Assembly (NCBI GenBank): GCA_900659855.1
Contig: CAACVI010000012.1
Location: forward strand, 256,532-320,531
DNA: 64,000 nt
Origin: Candidatus Desulfarcum epimagneticum
GTDB taxonomy: Bacteria; Desulfobacterota; Desulfobacteria; Desulfobacterales; CR-1
Reading direction: 5' to 3'
Made by a program: the position numbers and the translations under genes. This document shows positions 44,801-52,606 of this stretch, in pieces. The notes beneath the pieces were generated by a model, which worked only from the letters and a program-made list of their open reading frames with translations, was not told the DNA's origin and did not search any database. How positions within the stretch are numbered: the first letter of the stretch is position 1; the number at the start of each line of letters is the position of its first letter.

Positions 44801-45576
44801 CGCTGATCAGCAACGGCATTCATTTGAAAAAACGCATCGTGTGCGAAGTTCCCCTGGAGGCGGACGGCTCCGTGTACATCAAGGTCCCGTCCAAGACCCC
44901 CATGTCCATCCAGAGCTTAAACAAAGACAAAATGGCCCTTCGCCAGTCGGCCCGGCTCTACTTCTTCGCGCCCGGGGAGAAATTCACCATATCGCCCTCC
45001 CCCAGCGAAACCTTTCAAACCTGCGGCGCCTGCATGGGCTCCATGTCTAAAAGCCCCGAAAAACTCTTCGGCCCGACGAACATGTTCTCCGGCCAGGAAA
45101 AGGTCCGGGCCATCGCCCTGGCCAAGGGCGAGCCTCAAGAATACGGAATCGATCCCGACGACCGGATCTCCATTGATTTCGTCCGGAACATCCAGCCCAT
45201 TTTCGATAAAAACTGCGCGGCGTGCCACTCCGGGGAAAATCCCCCGGCCGGGCTTTCCCTTTCCGGTGAAAAAACGACCTATTATAACGCGGCCTACGAA
45301 AATCTCATGGAGCTGGAAGACCCCCAAAGCGGCTGGCATTCCCGGAAGAAGTACGTGAATGAGCGCGGCGCGCTGGCCATTGAAAGCTATCTCATGGAAA
45401 AAATCCTCGGCCGGGAGCTGAAAGCCCGCCGGGACCTGTCCGGAGATTTTCCCCATCCGGGCAAACGCCTGATGAAAAAACGCAAAGTCAACGTCCCGCC
45501 GCTGACCCGGGGCGAAAAAATGACACTGGTCAGATGGATCGACATGGGCGCGGTTTACAGGGGGGTGAGGGAATGA
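41860..45576 (+). CDS. Large secreted multi-domain protein with three PSCyt-like modules and haem c motifs (possible HzsA-related architecture)
   Basis: 1238-aa ORF with a signal/anchor (AVFWVLILSSAALFSTHFFAG). Canonical CxxCH occurs at CQTCH and CAACH. Non-canonical spacings are C-x4-CH (CMSPNCH) and C-x10-CH (CSARDENGAFICH), each preceded by an F..V.P.. context as in the planctomycetal cytochrome domain. The C-terminus has ...LVRWIDMGA. The long middle region looks beta-rich. Confidence 0.6.
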   Translation: MTFGANRTRLKNRAVFWVLILSSAALFSTHFFAGRKDAGAAENAGAEAFEYYREHVAPILSSTCSARDENGAFICHGTPDLASETAKKDPGDYHSAPYSQSEYCQTCHRGIKRKFIFGLDPRGEISTDAQFLLSYQQAKKRALHLKIPFAKILRMPLAAQGGGFGQYHAGGEIFESLSSADHQKLSEWVRLENESARESEKSVGEAERFFGEQVLPVYARNGCMSPNCHIFNHSSFFPSPGMDVDDLSTPLADRFSAEQRSFNRMTSKGLIQSNVYLTGDVEQSRILKKNIPIEKGGVIQRGGNNQFFSGPDDPDYQIMKKWLELERKEVISRLRIAGKPVDPSQVGKVRGIVFVRTDVKNHRRYLDVGKYMPGGDLFLLKLKDGETLESARGEPVNLTARFHPGKKADIREPDVRYDAGAVIFSMRIGEQDRLNVYEIRLDENLDYVEGSFRRLTHGPDLVNGIKVHYTDPTYVPDSADKAALIGGHNLDKADIVFASNLNGGVVQSVERGIVGEADGGTRNVIFDFDRPETDGSFEGKRIYIVDGANKGQWRTIARFQNRLFTPEKRSYITVDRPFPNPVDHSVIYVIERDPETQPGFLPSYSMYGMKYPKPGEEKALYDKTISRITYGIAQELDLSVRTTGEVFYSGQRSFTDKYERPIFHMTSCRRHLDTRFSFPTHHGNRSQVLVYADNHELPSGIDIHVGLDPDNLWEAGNLSVSDHQMGPGLEARNPHDFSTGFFDEDGFPIVDGPKIINTRFNFKNGKQPSHTRFVFKKMALFPLRGPRAVSRTGFSPGGAFKDSVPLPDGDILVSHSPAPINHLDPGAAPDFDLYIVRPDPSFHTPGGKGVPKVRKIRLSAASAAGLSDVQAYPVYVRMKPKINAARRARRDHLIRPPEMPDNDHRPAIYLERNYLLIDAIMDDPSPVGKNVAYATNPLTGKKTAPEDEVKYVRMVEVLPVHPDDAAPVASGLIANRDPESTLISNGIHLKKRIVCEVPLEADGSVYIKVPSKTPMSIQSLNKDKMALRQSARLYFFAPGEKFTISPSPSETFQTCGACMGSMSKSPEKLFGPTNMFSGQEKVRAIALAKGEPQEYGIDPDDRISIDFVRNIQPIFDKNCAACHSGENPPAGLSLSGEKTTYYNAAYENLMELEDPQSGWHSRKKYVNERGALAIESYLMEKILGRELKARRDLSGDFPHPGKRLMKKRKVNVPPLTRGEKMTLVRWIDMGAVYRGVRE

Positions 45577-48500
45577 TGAACACACACACACGCAAATCGA
45601 ATCGGACCAGGGCCTTTTTGCCGGCGCTTCTTTTCCTGGCGGCCCTCTTTGTCTTTCATCCGGGCGAGCGCCCCCGCGCGGCCGGCCCCGGTGCCGCCGG
45701 AGTCTCCAACCCCTCCGTATACGGGATTTTAACCAGCGACCGGTGGGCCTTCGGCGCCTCCTATGAGCGGCGGGACCTGGAGCCGGTGAAAAACAACAAT
45801 CCCTACCCCGAGCCCCAGCCCGAACGGGACCATCCCAAGGCCATGGAGATCACTCCGGACGGCAAAAAACTCTACATCGCCCTGGCCGGAAACGAGGCCG
45901 AGCCGGGAAACCAGGTGGCGGTGTTTGACGTGGAGAAAAAAACAGTCGTCAAAAAAATCAGGGTGGGCTCAAGCCCCTGGCACATCGCCATGCATCCCAA
46001 GGGAAGATTCGCCGTGGTCATCAACCGGCTCTCCAATTACGCCTCGGTCATCGACACGGCCCTGGACGAGCCGGCCGGGGAAATCCCCCTGGACTTTTAC
46101 TGCCAGTATATGGTGTTCAACAAAAAAGGGACCCGGGCCTATGTGAGCAACCGCTACCTGGGCCAGGCGCTGGTCCTGGATGTCAAAGCCGGACGGGATC
46201 GCTTCAAGGCCCGGATGCAAACCCTGGGGGGCTTTGATTTGAAAACCTTTGAAAAAAAGGTTTTTCCGGCTTTAACAAAATCCTGCGGCGCCGCGGCCTG
46301 CCACGGCGTGTCCCGGGGGGACTTTTACGCGGGGGAAAATGTGTTAAAGGCCTTTTTTTCCGCCATTGAAAATTCCACTCCCGGCGACCCCGACGACAGC
46401 CTTCTGCTCAAAGCCGTCCGGCCCCGGGCCGAAGGGGGATTCGCCGACGATCTGTCCGGGGCCAACTTCCACGCCGGAGGAAAGGTCGCATGGTCCAAAA
46501 AGGATCGCGGATACAAAAAAACCGCCCGGTGGATCTCCGAAGCCTCCGAAGGCCCGGGGATTCCCGTGGGGAACTTCGGCTCCAAGCCCTTCAGCCTTCA
46601 GCTCAGCCATGACGAAAAATACCTGTACGTCGGCAACCTGGGGACCCAGGACATCTCCATCATTGATCTGAAACAAAAAAAAGAGGCGGGCGGGATTTAC
46701 ACCCAGAACGTGGTTCTGGACCTGGCTCTTTTTCATGACAAAAAAACCGACAAAGAGATGCTTTTCGCCCTTTCCATGGGGCTGGGTTTCGGCGCGGCCC
46801 GGGAAAGGGACCCCTTTGGGGGCGAGACCGAGGACGCGCGAAATCCGGCGGCCCAGTTCAGCGTCCGCCGGGACATCGACACCACAGAGCCCCTTCCTGT
46901 CCATCAGCAGAAAATATTGGGGGCATTCGACGCCATCGACGGCACGGCGGCCTTTAAAATGGCGGACATTCAAAACGATGTCATCGCCATTGACGCCGGG
47001 GCGCTGAAAATTCCCAAAAAAATCCCCTCGCCGCGCCTGGACTATGTGTTAAAGGCCAACCGGTACGAGGCCCACAGGGCCTGGACCCGGTACACGTCGG
47101 ATTCCGCCGAGGTTCTGCCCCAGGAGCCCAGCGGGGACATCCCGCCGGAGCTTCAGCGGGTCATCGGCGCCTTCCCGGAGGCGGCCAGAGTCTGCGGCGA
47201 CCGTCTCTACACCGTGATGCTGGGCTCTTATGAGCTGGTGGAATGGAAAATCAACCCCTCGGCCGCCGAGCCCTCGGACTGCCTGGAGCCCGTGGCCGTC
47301 TATCCCACCGGGATCATGCCCCGGGAAGTGGTCTGCGGGCCGGCCGAAACCGTCGCGGAAGGCCTTCTTTTTGTGAGCAATTTCCTCGGGGAGACCGTGA
47401 GTGTCATTGACCGGAAGTCCGGCGAATCCAAAGAACACGTCGTGGGAAACCTGTCCCGGCCTTTCCCGGACAGCAACGCGGAGCGGGGCCAGATGTTTGT
47501 CAACACCGCCGTTTTCTCCGTGGACGGGGACACCTCTTGCATGTCCTGCCATATTTACGACACCAGCGACGCCCGGGGATGGGGCGCCGGACAGGCCATC
47601 GCCCAGACGCGGGACGGCAAATTCGTCAACGGCGGGTCCCTGGCCATTCCCCAGATCAAAAATCTCTTCGCCACCCAGCCCTTTTATTTCGAGGGCACCC
47701 ACACCTGCTTCGACGCCCAGTTCGACGACGCCCGCGAGCATGTGGCCCTTCAGGGGTTTCTGGAGCCCAACCCCCAGGGCGACTTCACCGGGGTGTCCCA
47801 CCCGGTCCCGCCGGGCCAAAGGCCCGAAGAGCATGAGGAGATCCAGGACAAAATGTCCACGGACTCCTTTGGCGACCTCTACTTTGATTTAAGGGAGCGC
47901 CGGGATGAGTTCATACGCCGGGCCTCCATGAAATATTTTGGAAAGGCGTTCAACTTCCGGGATTTCCAGCGCTTTATCGGGGAATTCCAGGCCGCCGAAA
48001 CCCGGCTTCTGCCCAATCCCCACGACCCGGCCAACCCGTCCGTGGCGCGGGGAAAACGCCTCTTCAACCGGTTGGACACCGGCTGCGTGACGTGCCACAG
48101 GCCCCCGGAATTCACCAACAAAACCGAAACTCTTTCCAACAACCATGAGCGGGTCCTTCCCTCCATCATCAGCTTCACCCGAAGGGAAAAGGCCTTCACC
48201 CTGGTGGGGCCCCACTGGATGGACTCCGTCAACGGATACAAGCGGGACCTGGAATACTGGGAAAAGGGCCGGGTGGAGAGACAGGAGGGCCATATGACCG
48301 TCTTTCCCTTAAGGGGCCTGTTTGACCGCCCCTTCGCCTTTCTGCACCACGGCCGGGCCCGGTCCGTCCGGGAGGTCATCGCCTCCCCGGACCATTACGC
48401 GCTGAGAAAATTCAAGTATCCCCCGCTGAGGGGAGGAGAAGAAATCCGGGAGGACCGCCGGGAGCGGGGATTCAATGAGCTGAGCTTTATCGAGGAGCGG

Positions 48501-48590
48501 ACCTATGTCCCGGACACCCACGGCGGAACCTCCCATTTGAGCGCCGTTCAGATCAGGGATCTGGAAAATTTCCTTCTTTCCATCGAATAA
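45573..48590 (+). CDS. Secreted YVTN-type beta-propeller fused to a di-haem cytochrome c peroxidase/MauG-like domain
   Basis: The start ATG 45573 overlaps the upstream stop (ATGA). Signal peptide RAFLPALLFLAALFVF. Propeller repeats are present (LYIALAGNEAEPGNQVAVFDV..., PWHIAMHPKGRFAVVINRLSNYASVIDT, LYVGNLGTQDISIIDL). There is an inserted C-x4-CH (CGAAACH). The C-terminal CCP-like pair is SCMSCHIYD and GKRLFNRLDTGCVTCHRPPEFTN, followed by ...LENFLLSI. Confidence 0.7.
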   Translation: MMNTHTRKSNRTRAFLPALLFLAALFVFHPGERPRAAGPGAAGVSNPSVYGILTSDRWAFGASYERRDLEPVKNNNPYPEPQPERDHPKAMEITPDGKKLYIALAGNEAEPGNQVAVFDVEKKTVVKKIRVGSSPWHIAMHPKGRFAVVINRLSNYASVIDTALDEPAGEIPLDFYCQYMVFNKKGTRAYVSNRYLGQALVLDVKAGRDRFKARMQTLGGFDLKTFEKKVFPALTKSCGAAACHGVSRGDFYAGENVLKAFFSAIENSTPGDPDDSLLLKAVRPRAEGGFADDLSGANFHAGGKVAWSKKDRGYKKTARWISEASEGPGIPVGNFGSKPFSLQLSHDEKYLYVGNLGTQDISIIDLKQKKEAGGIYTQNVVLDLALFHDKKTDKEMLFALSMGLGFGAARERDPFGGETEDARNPAAQFSVRRDIDTTEPLPVHQQKILGAFDAIDGTAAFKMADIQNDVIAIDAGALKIPKKIPSPRLDYVLKANRYEAHRAWTRYTSDSAEVLPQEPSGDIPPELQRVIGAFPEAARVCGDRLYTVMLGSYELVEWKINPSAAEPSDCLEPVAVYPTGIMPREVVCGPAETVAEGLLFVSNFLGETVSVIDRKSGESKEHVVGNLSRPFPDSNAERGQMFVNTAVFSVDGDTSCMSCHIYDTSDARGWGAGQAIAQTRDGKFVNGGSLAIPQIKNLFATQPFYFEGTHTCFDAQFDDAREHVALQGFLEPNPQGDFTGVSHPVPPGQRPEEHEEIQDKMSTDSFGDLYFDLRERRDEFIRRASMKYFGKAFNFRDFQRFIGEFQAAETRLLPNPHDPANPSVARGKRLFNRLDTGCVTCHRPPEFTNKTETLSNNHERVLPSIISFTRREKAFTLVGPHWMDSVNGYKRDLEYWEKGRVERQEGHMTVFPLRGLFDRPFAFLHHGRARSVREVIASPDHYALRKFKYPPLRGGEEIREDRRERGFNELSFIEERTYVPDTHGGTSHLSAVQIRDLENFLLSIE

Positions 48591-48617
48591 AAATAAAAAA
48601 AGAGAAGAGCGCCGAGC

Positions 48618-49442
48618 ATGAAAAAAACCATTTGCGTGATTTTGTTTTTGTCCCTGGCCGTCTGGGCCGCCGACTCCAACGCCGCCGGGCCCGATCGCCA
48701 AAGGGATTCCTCCCCCATGATCCTGGTTTACGCCGGGGATTTTATCATGGGACAGGGCGAAACCCAAAAAACCGTCCATGTGAAAAGTTTTCACATCGAC
48801 AAGTATGAGGTGTCCAACGCCCAGTACCGCGTGTTTCTGGACTGGGTGAAAAAACATTCCGACAAAACCGTCCGGCGCCCGGATCAGCCCCGGGGCAAAG
48901 ACCACACCCCGCGGTTCTGGAAGCCCTTTCGCCCCGCCATTTTTAAAAAAACCGGGATGGCCGCCCTTCAGCGGTTTGACGAAAAAATCTTCACGGAAGA
49001 CCGCCGTCCGGTGACGGGAATCGACTGGCACGACGCCTACGCCTACGCCAAATGGGCCGGGAAACGCCTTCCCACCGAGGCGGAGTGGGAAAAGGCGGCC
49101 CGGGGCGTCACGGGGTCGCGTTGGCCCTGGGGGAACCGGTGGGTCTTTGAAAACTGCAACAGCGGGGGCTACGAATGGAAAGGGGAGCGCGACGGCCACA
49201 TCTACCCGGCGCCGGTGGACGCCTATCCCCAGGGAAAAAGCCCCTATGGCGTTTACAACGCGGCGGGAAACGTCTCGGAATGGGTGGACGCCGATTTTGA
49301 TTCCGAAAGGGGCCTGAAAACGGTCAAGGGCGGGGGGTCGGACTCCTATCCCAGCTCAGTGGCGCCGTCGGCCCGGCGGGGCCGCGAACCGGATTTCAGG
49401 CATTTCACCCTGGGGTTTCGATGCGCGAAGGACGCGAACTGA
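48618..49442 (+). CDS. Secreted FGE-sulfatase/SUMF1-domain protein
   Basis: 274-aa ORF with signal peptide MKKTICVILFLSLAVWA. FHIDKYEVSNAQY...PVTGIDWHDAYAYAKWAGKRLPTEAEWEKAARG...GNVSEWV...GFRCA. Confidence 0.8.
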   Translation: MKKTICVILFLSLAVWAADSNAAGPDRQRDSSPMILVYAGDFIMGQGETQKTVHVKSFHIDKYEVSNAQYRVFLDWVKKHSDKTVRRPDQPRGKDHTPRFWKPFRPAIFKKTGMAALQRFDEKIFTEDRRPVTGIDWHDAYAYAKWAGKRLPTEAEWEKAARGVTGSRWPWGNRWVFENCNSGGYEWKGERDGHIYPAPVDAYPQGKSPYGVYNAAGNVSEWVDADFDSERGLKTVKGGGSDSYPSSVAPSARRGREPDFRHFTLGFRCAKDAN

Positions 49443-49463
49443 TTTTTTAAAACAGGGATTTCG

Positions 49464-50369
49464 ATGGGAATGACACCAATGGGCAAAATAAGACATGCGA
49501 TGATCTTTTTATTTGTTTCCGGCGCCTTTCTGGCCCTTTCGCCGGCCGCTTCGGCGGAGGACCGGCTTCCGGACGGCGTTTCTTTCAAAAACGGAAAGTA
49601 TATCAGCGAAAAAGACCAGGCCCAGATGGCTTTCATCCCGGAAGGGGCCTTTGTCATGGGAAGCCGGTCGGGAAACGACAATGAAAAACCGGCCCACGCC
49701 GTGTGGCTGTCGGATTTTTACATGGACATTTCCGAGGTGAATAACGCCCGTTTTGAAAAATTCGTGAAAGAATCGGGATATCGGCCCCAGGGCCCCTGGC
49801 GTCGGGGATACGCCCCGGGCCAGGGAGACTATCCCGTCCGGTTCGTGACCTGGCATGACGCCAACGCCTACGCGGACTGGGCCGGGAAGCGCCTTCCCAC
49901 CGAGGCGGAGTGGGAAAAGGCGGCCCGGGGTGAAAAGAGCCTCGTTTACCCCTGGGGAGACGACTGGAACCCCCGGTTCGTGGAAAACCCGCAAAACGAC
50001 TTTTCACCCGTAAAGACAGACGCCTTTCCCGAGCGGGCCGCCCCTTACGGCTGCCTGGGAATGGGCGGAAATGTCTGGGAATGGGTGGCCGACTGGTACG
50101 ACCGGTTTTATTACCGGGAATTTGAAGACGGATCAGTGGCCGAAAACCCCGCCGGACCCGAAGACGGCGCGCCTCCCCTGAAACGTTTCATGGACGCCGG
50201 AGCCGGGGCCGGAAACGAGAGAAGCACACTAAAGGTCATCCGGGGCGGAGGGAGCTGGGGCCGTTTCGCGAAGGAAAACGCCCGGACGTCCAAAAGAATG
50301 TGGGCCAATCCATCCTACTGGCTCAACGACACGGGATTCCGGTGCGCCGTTTCGGCGCCCCGTAAATAA
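49464..50369 (+). CDS. Secreted FGE-sulfatase/SUMF1-domain protein (paralogue)
   Basis: 301-aa ORF with signal peptide ...IFLFVSGAFLALSPAASA. FYMDISEVNNARF...PVRFVTWHDANAYADWAGKRLPTEAEWEKAARG...GNVWEWV...GFRCA. Confidence 0.8.
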   Translation: MGMTPMGKIRHAMIFLFVSGAFLALSPAASAEDRLPDGVSFKNGKYISEKDQAQMAFIPEGAFVMGSRSGNDNEKPAHAVWLSDFYMDISEVNNARFEKFVKESGYRPQGPWRRGYAPGQGDYPVRFVTWHDANAYADWAGKRLPTEAEWEKAARGEKSLVYPWGDDWNPRFVENPQNDFSPVKTDAFPERAAPYGCLGMGGNVWEWVADWYDRFYYREFEDGSVAENPAGPEDGAPPLKRFMDAGAGAGNERSTLKVIRGGGSWGRFAKENARTSKRMWANPSYWLNDTGFRCAVSAPRK

Positions 50370-50503
50370 ACGACAAACCCGCGCTCCCCAACGAAAAAAC
50401 GCGTGTGATCCGCCTGGAGGACAATGAGATGACGCGATACGGTCACAGTCGAGACATTCATAGCGAAAGTCGCATGATTGTGAAAAACGTTTCACCCAAT
50501 ATT

Positions 50504-50676
50504 GACAGCATCGTAAAAAATCCGATCTACTGTGTTGCAGCGCTTATTTTTAATTGAGGCATACTACATGTATTGCCTCAATTAAAAATAACCACTACGC
50601 CTTGTATATCGAATTTTTTACGACGCTGTCCCGTGATTTTTTACTACGCTGTCCCGTGATTTTTTACGAGTTTATC
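50504..50676. mobile_element. Palindromic MITE-like element, 173 bp (150-bp unit plus internal 23-bp tandem duplication), with 6-bp target duplication
   Basis: The core is identical to copy 10942..11091. The duplicated segment ACGCTGTCCCGTGATTTTTTAC lies near the right end. AATATT flanks lie at 50498..50503 and 50677..50682. Confidence 0.85.
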
Positions 50677-50722
50677 AATATTCCCCGATTGACATAGTAC
50701 CAAAAAATGGTACAATAATATT

Positions 50723-50977
50723 GTGAAACGAAAACACAAAAAGACATTAGAACTGATTTTTGCGCGACCCATAAGCGGCAATATCAAGTGGTCTGATATT
50801 GAGTCTCTTTTTAGAGAGTTGGACGCAAAAATATCTGAACGGAAAGGTTCCCGTATCGGCGTTGCTCTTTTTGGTGAAATCCAGGTTTTTCATAGACCCC
50901 ATCCCTCACCGGATACTAATAAGGGAGCTGTTTCAAGCATTCGAAAATGGTTGGAGAAAAACGGAGTCAAGCCATGA
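50723..50977 (+). CDS. hicA: HicA-family toxin
   Basis: 84-aa ORF (GTG start). KKTLELIFARPISGNIKWSDIESLFRELDAKISERKGSRIGVAL...FHRPHP. It is paired with hicB by an ATGA overlap. Confidence 0.7.
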   Translation: MKRKHKKTLELIFARPISGNIKWSDIESLFRELDAKISERKGSRIGVALFGEIQVFHRPHPSPDTNKGAVSSIRKWLEKNGVKP

Positions 50978-51312
50978 TGAATATTATGAATATTGATGGT
51001 TATAAGGCCATCATTAAATACGACCCCGCAATTGATCAATTCCGTGGAGAATTTATCGGTCTTAATGGAGGAGCCGATTTTTACGCCACAAATATTGAGG
51101 AACTTCGGAAAGAGGGTAAAACTTCTCTCAAGGTGTTTCTTGATATCTGTAAGGAAGAAGGAATCAATCCGCGCAAAGAGTATTCCGGAAAATTTAATTT
51201 AAGAGTTCCCTCCGGACTGCATGCTGAAATTGCCGCCAAAGCGGCCGCTGAAGGCAAAAGCCTGAATAAATGCGTCGCTGATTTGTTAGGCGACGCCATC
51301 CAGTGTCAGTAA
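50974..51312 (+). CDS. hicB: HicB-family antitoxin with C-terminal RHH
   Basis: MMNIMNIDGYKAIIKYDPAIDQFRGEFIGLNGGADFYATNIEELRKEGKTSLKVFLDICKEEG..PRKEYSGKFNLRVPSGLHAEIAAKAAAEGKSLN. Confidence 0.85.
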   Translation: MMNIMNIDGYKAIIKYDPAIDQFRGEFIGLNGGADFYATNIEELRKEGKTSLKVFLDICKEEGINPRKEYSGKFNLRVPSGLHAEIAAKAAAEGKSLNKCVADLLGDAIQCQ

Positions 51313-51390
51313 AAAACAGGGGTTCTTCTCCAATAAGGATTCCTAGACGCGACGCGATTTTTGAAAACCGCTTAAAAAAAGAAGGTTGTC

Positions 51391-51891
51391 ATGGCGCGAA
51401 TCACTTTGCAAGGGGCTTCCATCAACACCTGCGGGGACCTGCCCGCCGCGGGGGACCCGGCCCCGGGTTTTTTACTGACGAAAACCGACCTGTCTGATTT
51501 TTCGCTGTCCGAATACCGGGGAAAAAAGGTGGTCCTCAACATCTTCCCCAGCATTGACACCCCGGTGTGCTCCCTGTCCGTGGAGCGCTTCAACCATGAG
51601 ATGGGCAAGCGCGAAAACGCTGCGGTCATCTGCGCCTCAAGGGACCTTCCATTCGCCCACGCCCGGTTCTGCGCCGCCAATGGGATCGACCATGTGGTCT
51701 CGGCCTCGGAGATGCGGGACGTCCGTTTCGGGGAAAGCTACGGGGTCCGAATCATCGACGGCCCCATGGAGGGCCTTCTGGCCCGGGCCGTGGTGGTCAT
51801 TGACGAAGAGGGCAAGGTTCTGTATTCCCAGCTGGTGGGGGAAATCGCCGATGAGCCGGACTACGACGCCGCGCTGGCGGCTGTGGGATAA
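51391..51891 (+). CDS. tpx: Thiol peroxidase (atypical 2-Cys peroxiredoxin)
   Basis: 166-aa ORF. GDPAPGFLLTKTDLSDFSLSEYRGKKVVLNIFPSIDTPVCSLS...FCAANGI is the Tpx signature. Confidence 0.9.
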   Translation: MARITLQGASINTCGDLPAAGDPAPGFLLTKTDLSDFSLSEYRGKKVVLNIFPSIDTPVCSLSVERFNHEMGKRENAAVICASRDLPFAHARFCAANGIDHVVSASEMRDVRFGESYGVRIIDGPMEGLLARAVVVIDEEGKVLYSQLVGEIADEPDYDAALAAVG

Positions 51892-51904
51892 AAAAGGGAG
51901 GGGC

Positions 51905-52501
51905 ATGATGCCGTCATACAGCGGAATCAATCACCTGGCCATGGTCACGCCGGATATGGACGAAACCATCCGCTTCTGGAGGGATTTTCTGGGGATGCGT
52001 CTGGTGGCGGGTCTGGGAAACAGCCGGTTCCGCCACTACTTTTTCGAGATATCCGAAACCGATCTCATCGCGTTTTTTGAATGGCCGGACGTGGAAAAAA
52101 ATCCGCCCAAGGACCACGGGGCGCCGGTGAAAGGCCCCTTTTCCTTTGACCATGTCTCCATCGGGGTGGAGTCCGACGAGGATCTCCATGAGCTGATCGA
52201 CAGGTTCAGGGCCGCCGGAATGTGGGTGTCTGAGATCATCGACCACGGGTTTATCCATTCCATCTACGCCTTTGACCCCAACCATATTCCCATTGAATTC
52301 AGCGCGCCCACCCAGGTGGATATTCGAAAAAACCCCATGATGAAGGACCGGCATCCGTCCGAAACCACACTGGAGGGCCCGGACCCCGTTCCCGGGCGCC
52401 GGCCCGAAGCTCACCGGGCCGGGAAAGGAGGAAGGGACGGGTCCGGGCATGGGGTTTTCCCGGGCGAGGGGATTGTGTTTGCCGGAAAAACCCCGGATTG
52501 A
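51905..52501 (+). CDS. VOC (glyoxalase/bleomycin-resistance/dioxygenase) family protein
   Basis: In-frame ATG of track ORF 51554..52501. MMPSYSGINHLAMVTPDMDETIRFWRDFLGMRLV...FDHVSIGVES...IHSIYAFDPNHIPIEF. The upstream part of the track ORF overlaps tpx and is rejected. Confidence 0.75.
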   Translation: MMPSYSGINHLAMVTPDMDETIRFWRDFLGMRLVAGLGNSRFRHYFFEISETDLIAFFEWPDVEKNPPKDHGAPVKGPFSFDHVSIGVESDEDLHELIDRFRAAGMWVSEIIDHGFIHSIYAFDPNHIPIEFSAPTQVDIRKNPMMKDRHPSETTLEGPDPVPGRRPEAHRAGKGGRDGSGHGVFPGEGIVFAGKTPD

Positions 52502-52551
52502 CACGGCGTCTCAAAAACAACCGCGCCTTGCCTGTCGAATTTTGCGACGCC
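52502..52551. repeat. Degenerate remnant of the palindromic element (core hairpin deleted)
   Basis: ACGGCGTCTCAAAAACAACCGCGCCTTGCCTGTCGAATTTTGCGACGCCG parallels GAYGGCGTCGTAAAAA...AACCGC..GCCTTGTATATCGAATTTTTTACGACGCC. Confidence 0.5.
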
Positions 52552-52606
52552 GTTTAAACGGTTAAGTTGAATGGCGGAGGCGTCTTTTCGCCCCCGCCGG
52601 TTTCAT

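Noticed and set aside
10942-50676. Could the recurring palindromic units be a CRISPR array?
   Set aside because: Copies are kilobases apart and in both orientations. They are about 150 bp long and self-complementary, with no regular repeat-spacer periodicity and no cas genes.
51554-51904. N-terminal 117 codons of track ORF 51554..52501, overlapping tpx in another frame.
   Set aside because: tpx has an unambiguous signature. The VOC domain begins at the internal ATG 51905 (MMPSYSGINHLAMV), so the extension is spurious.
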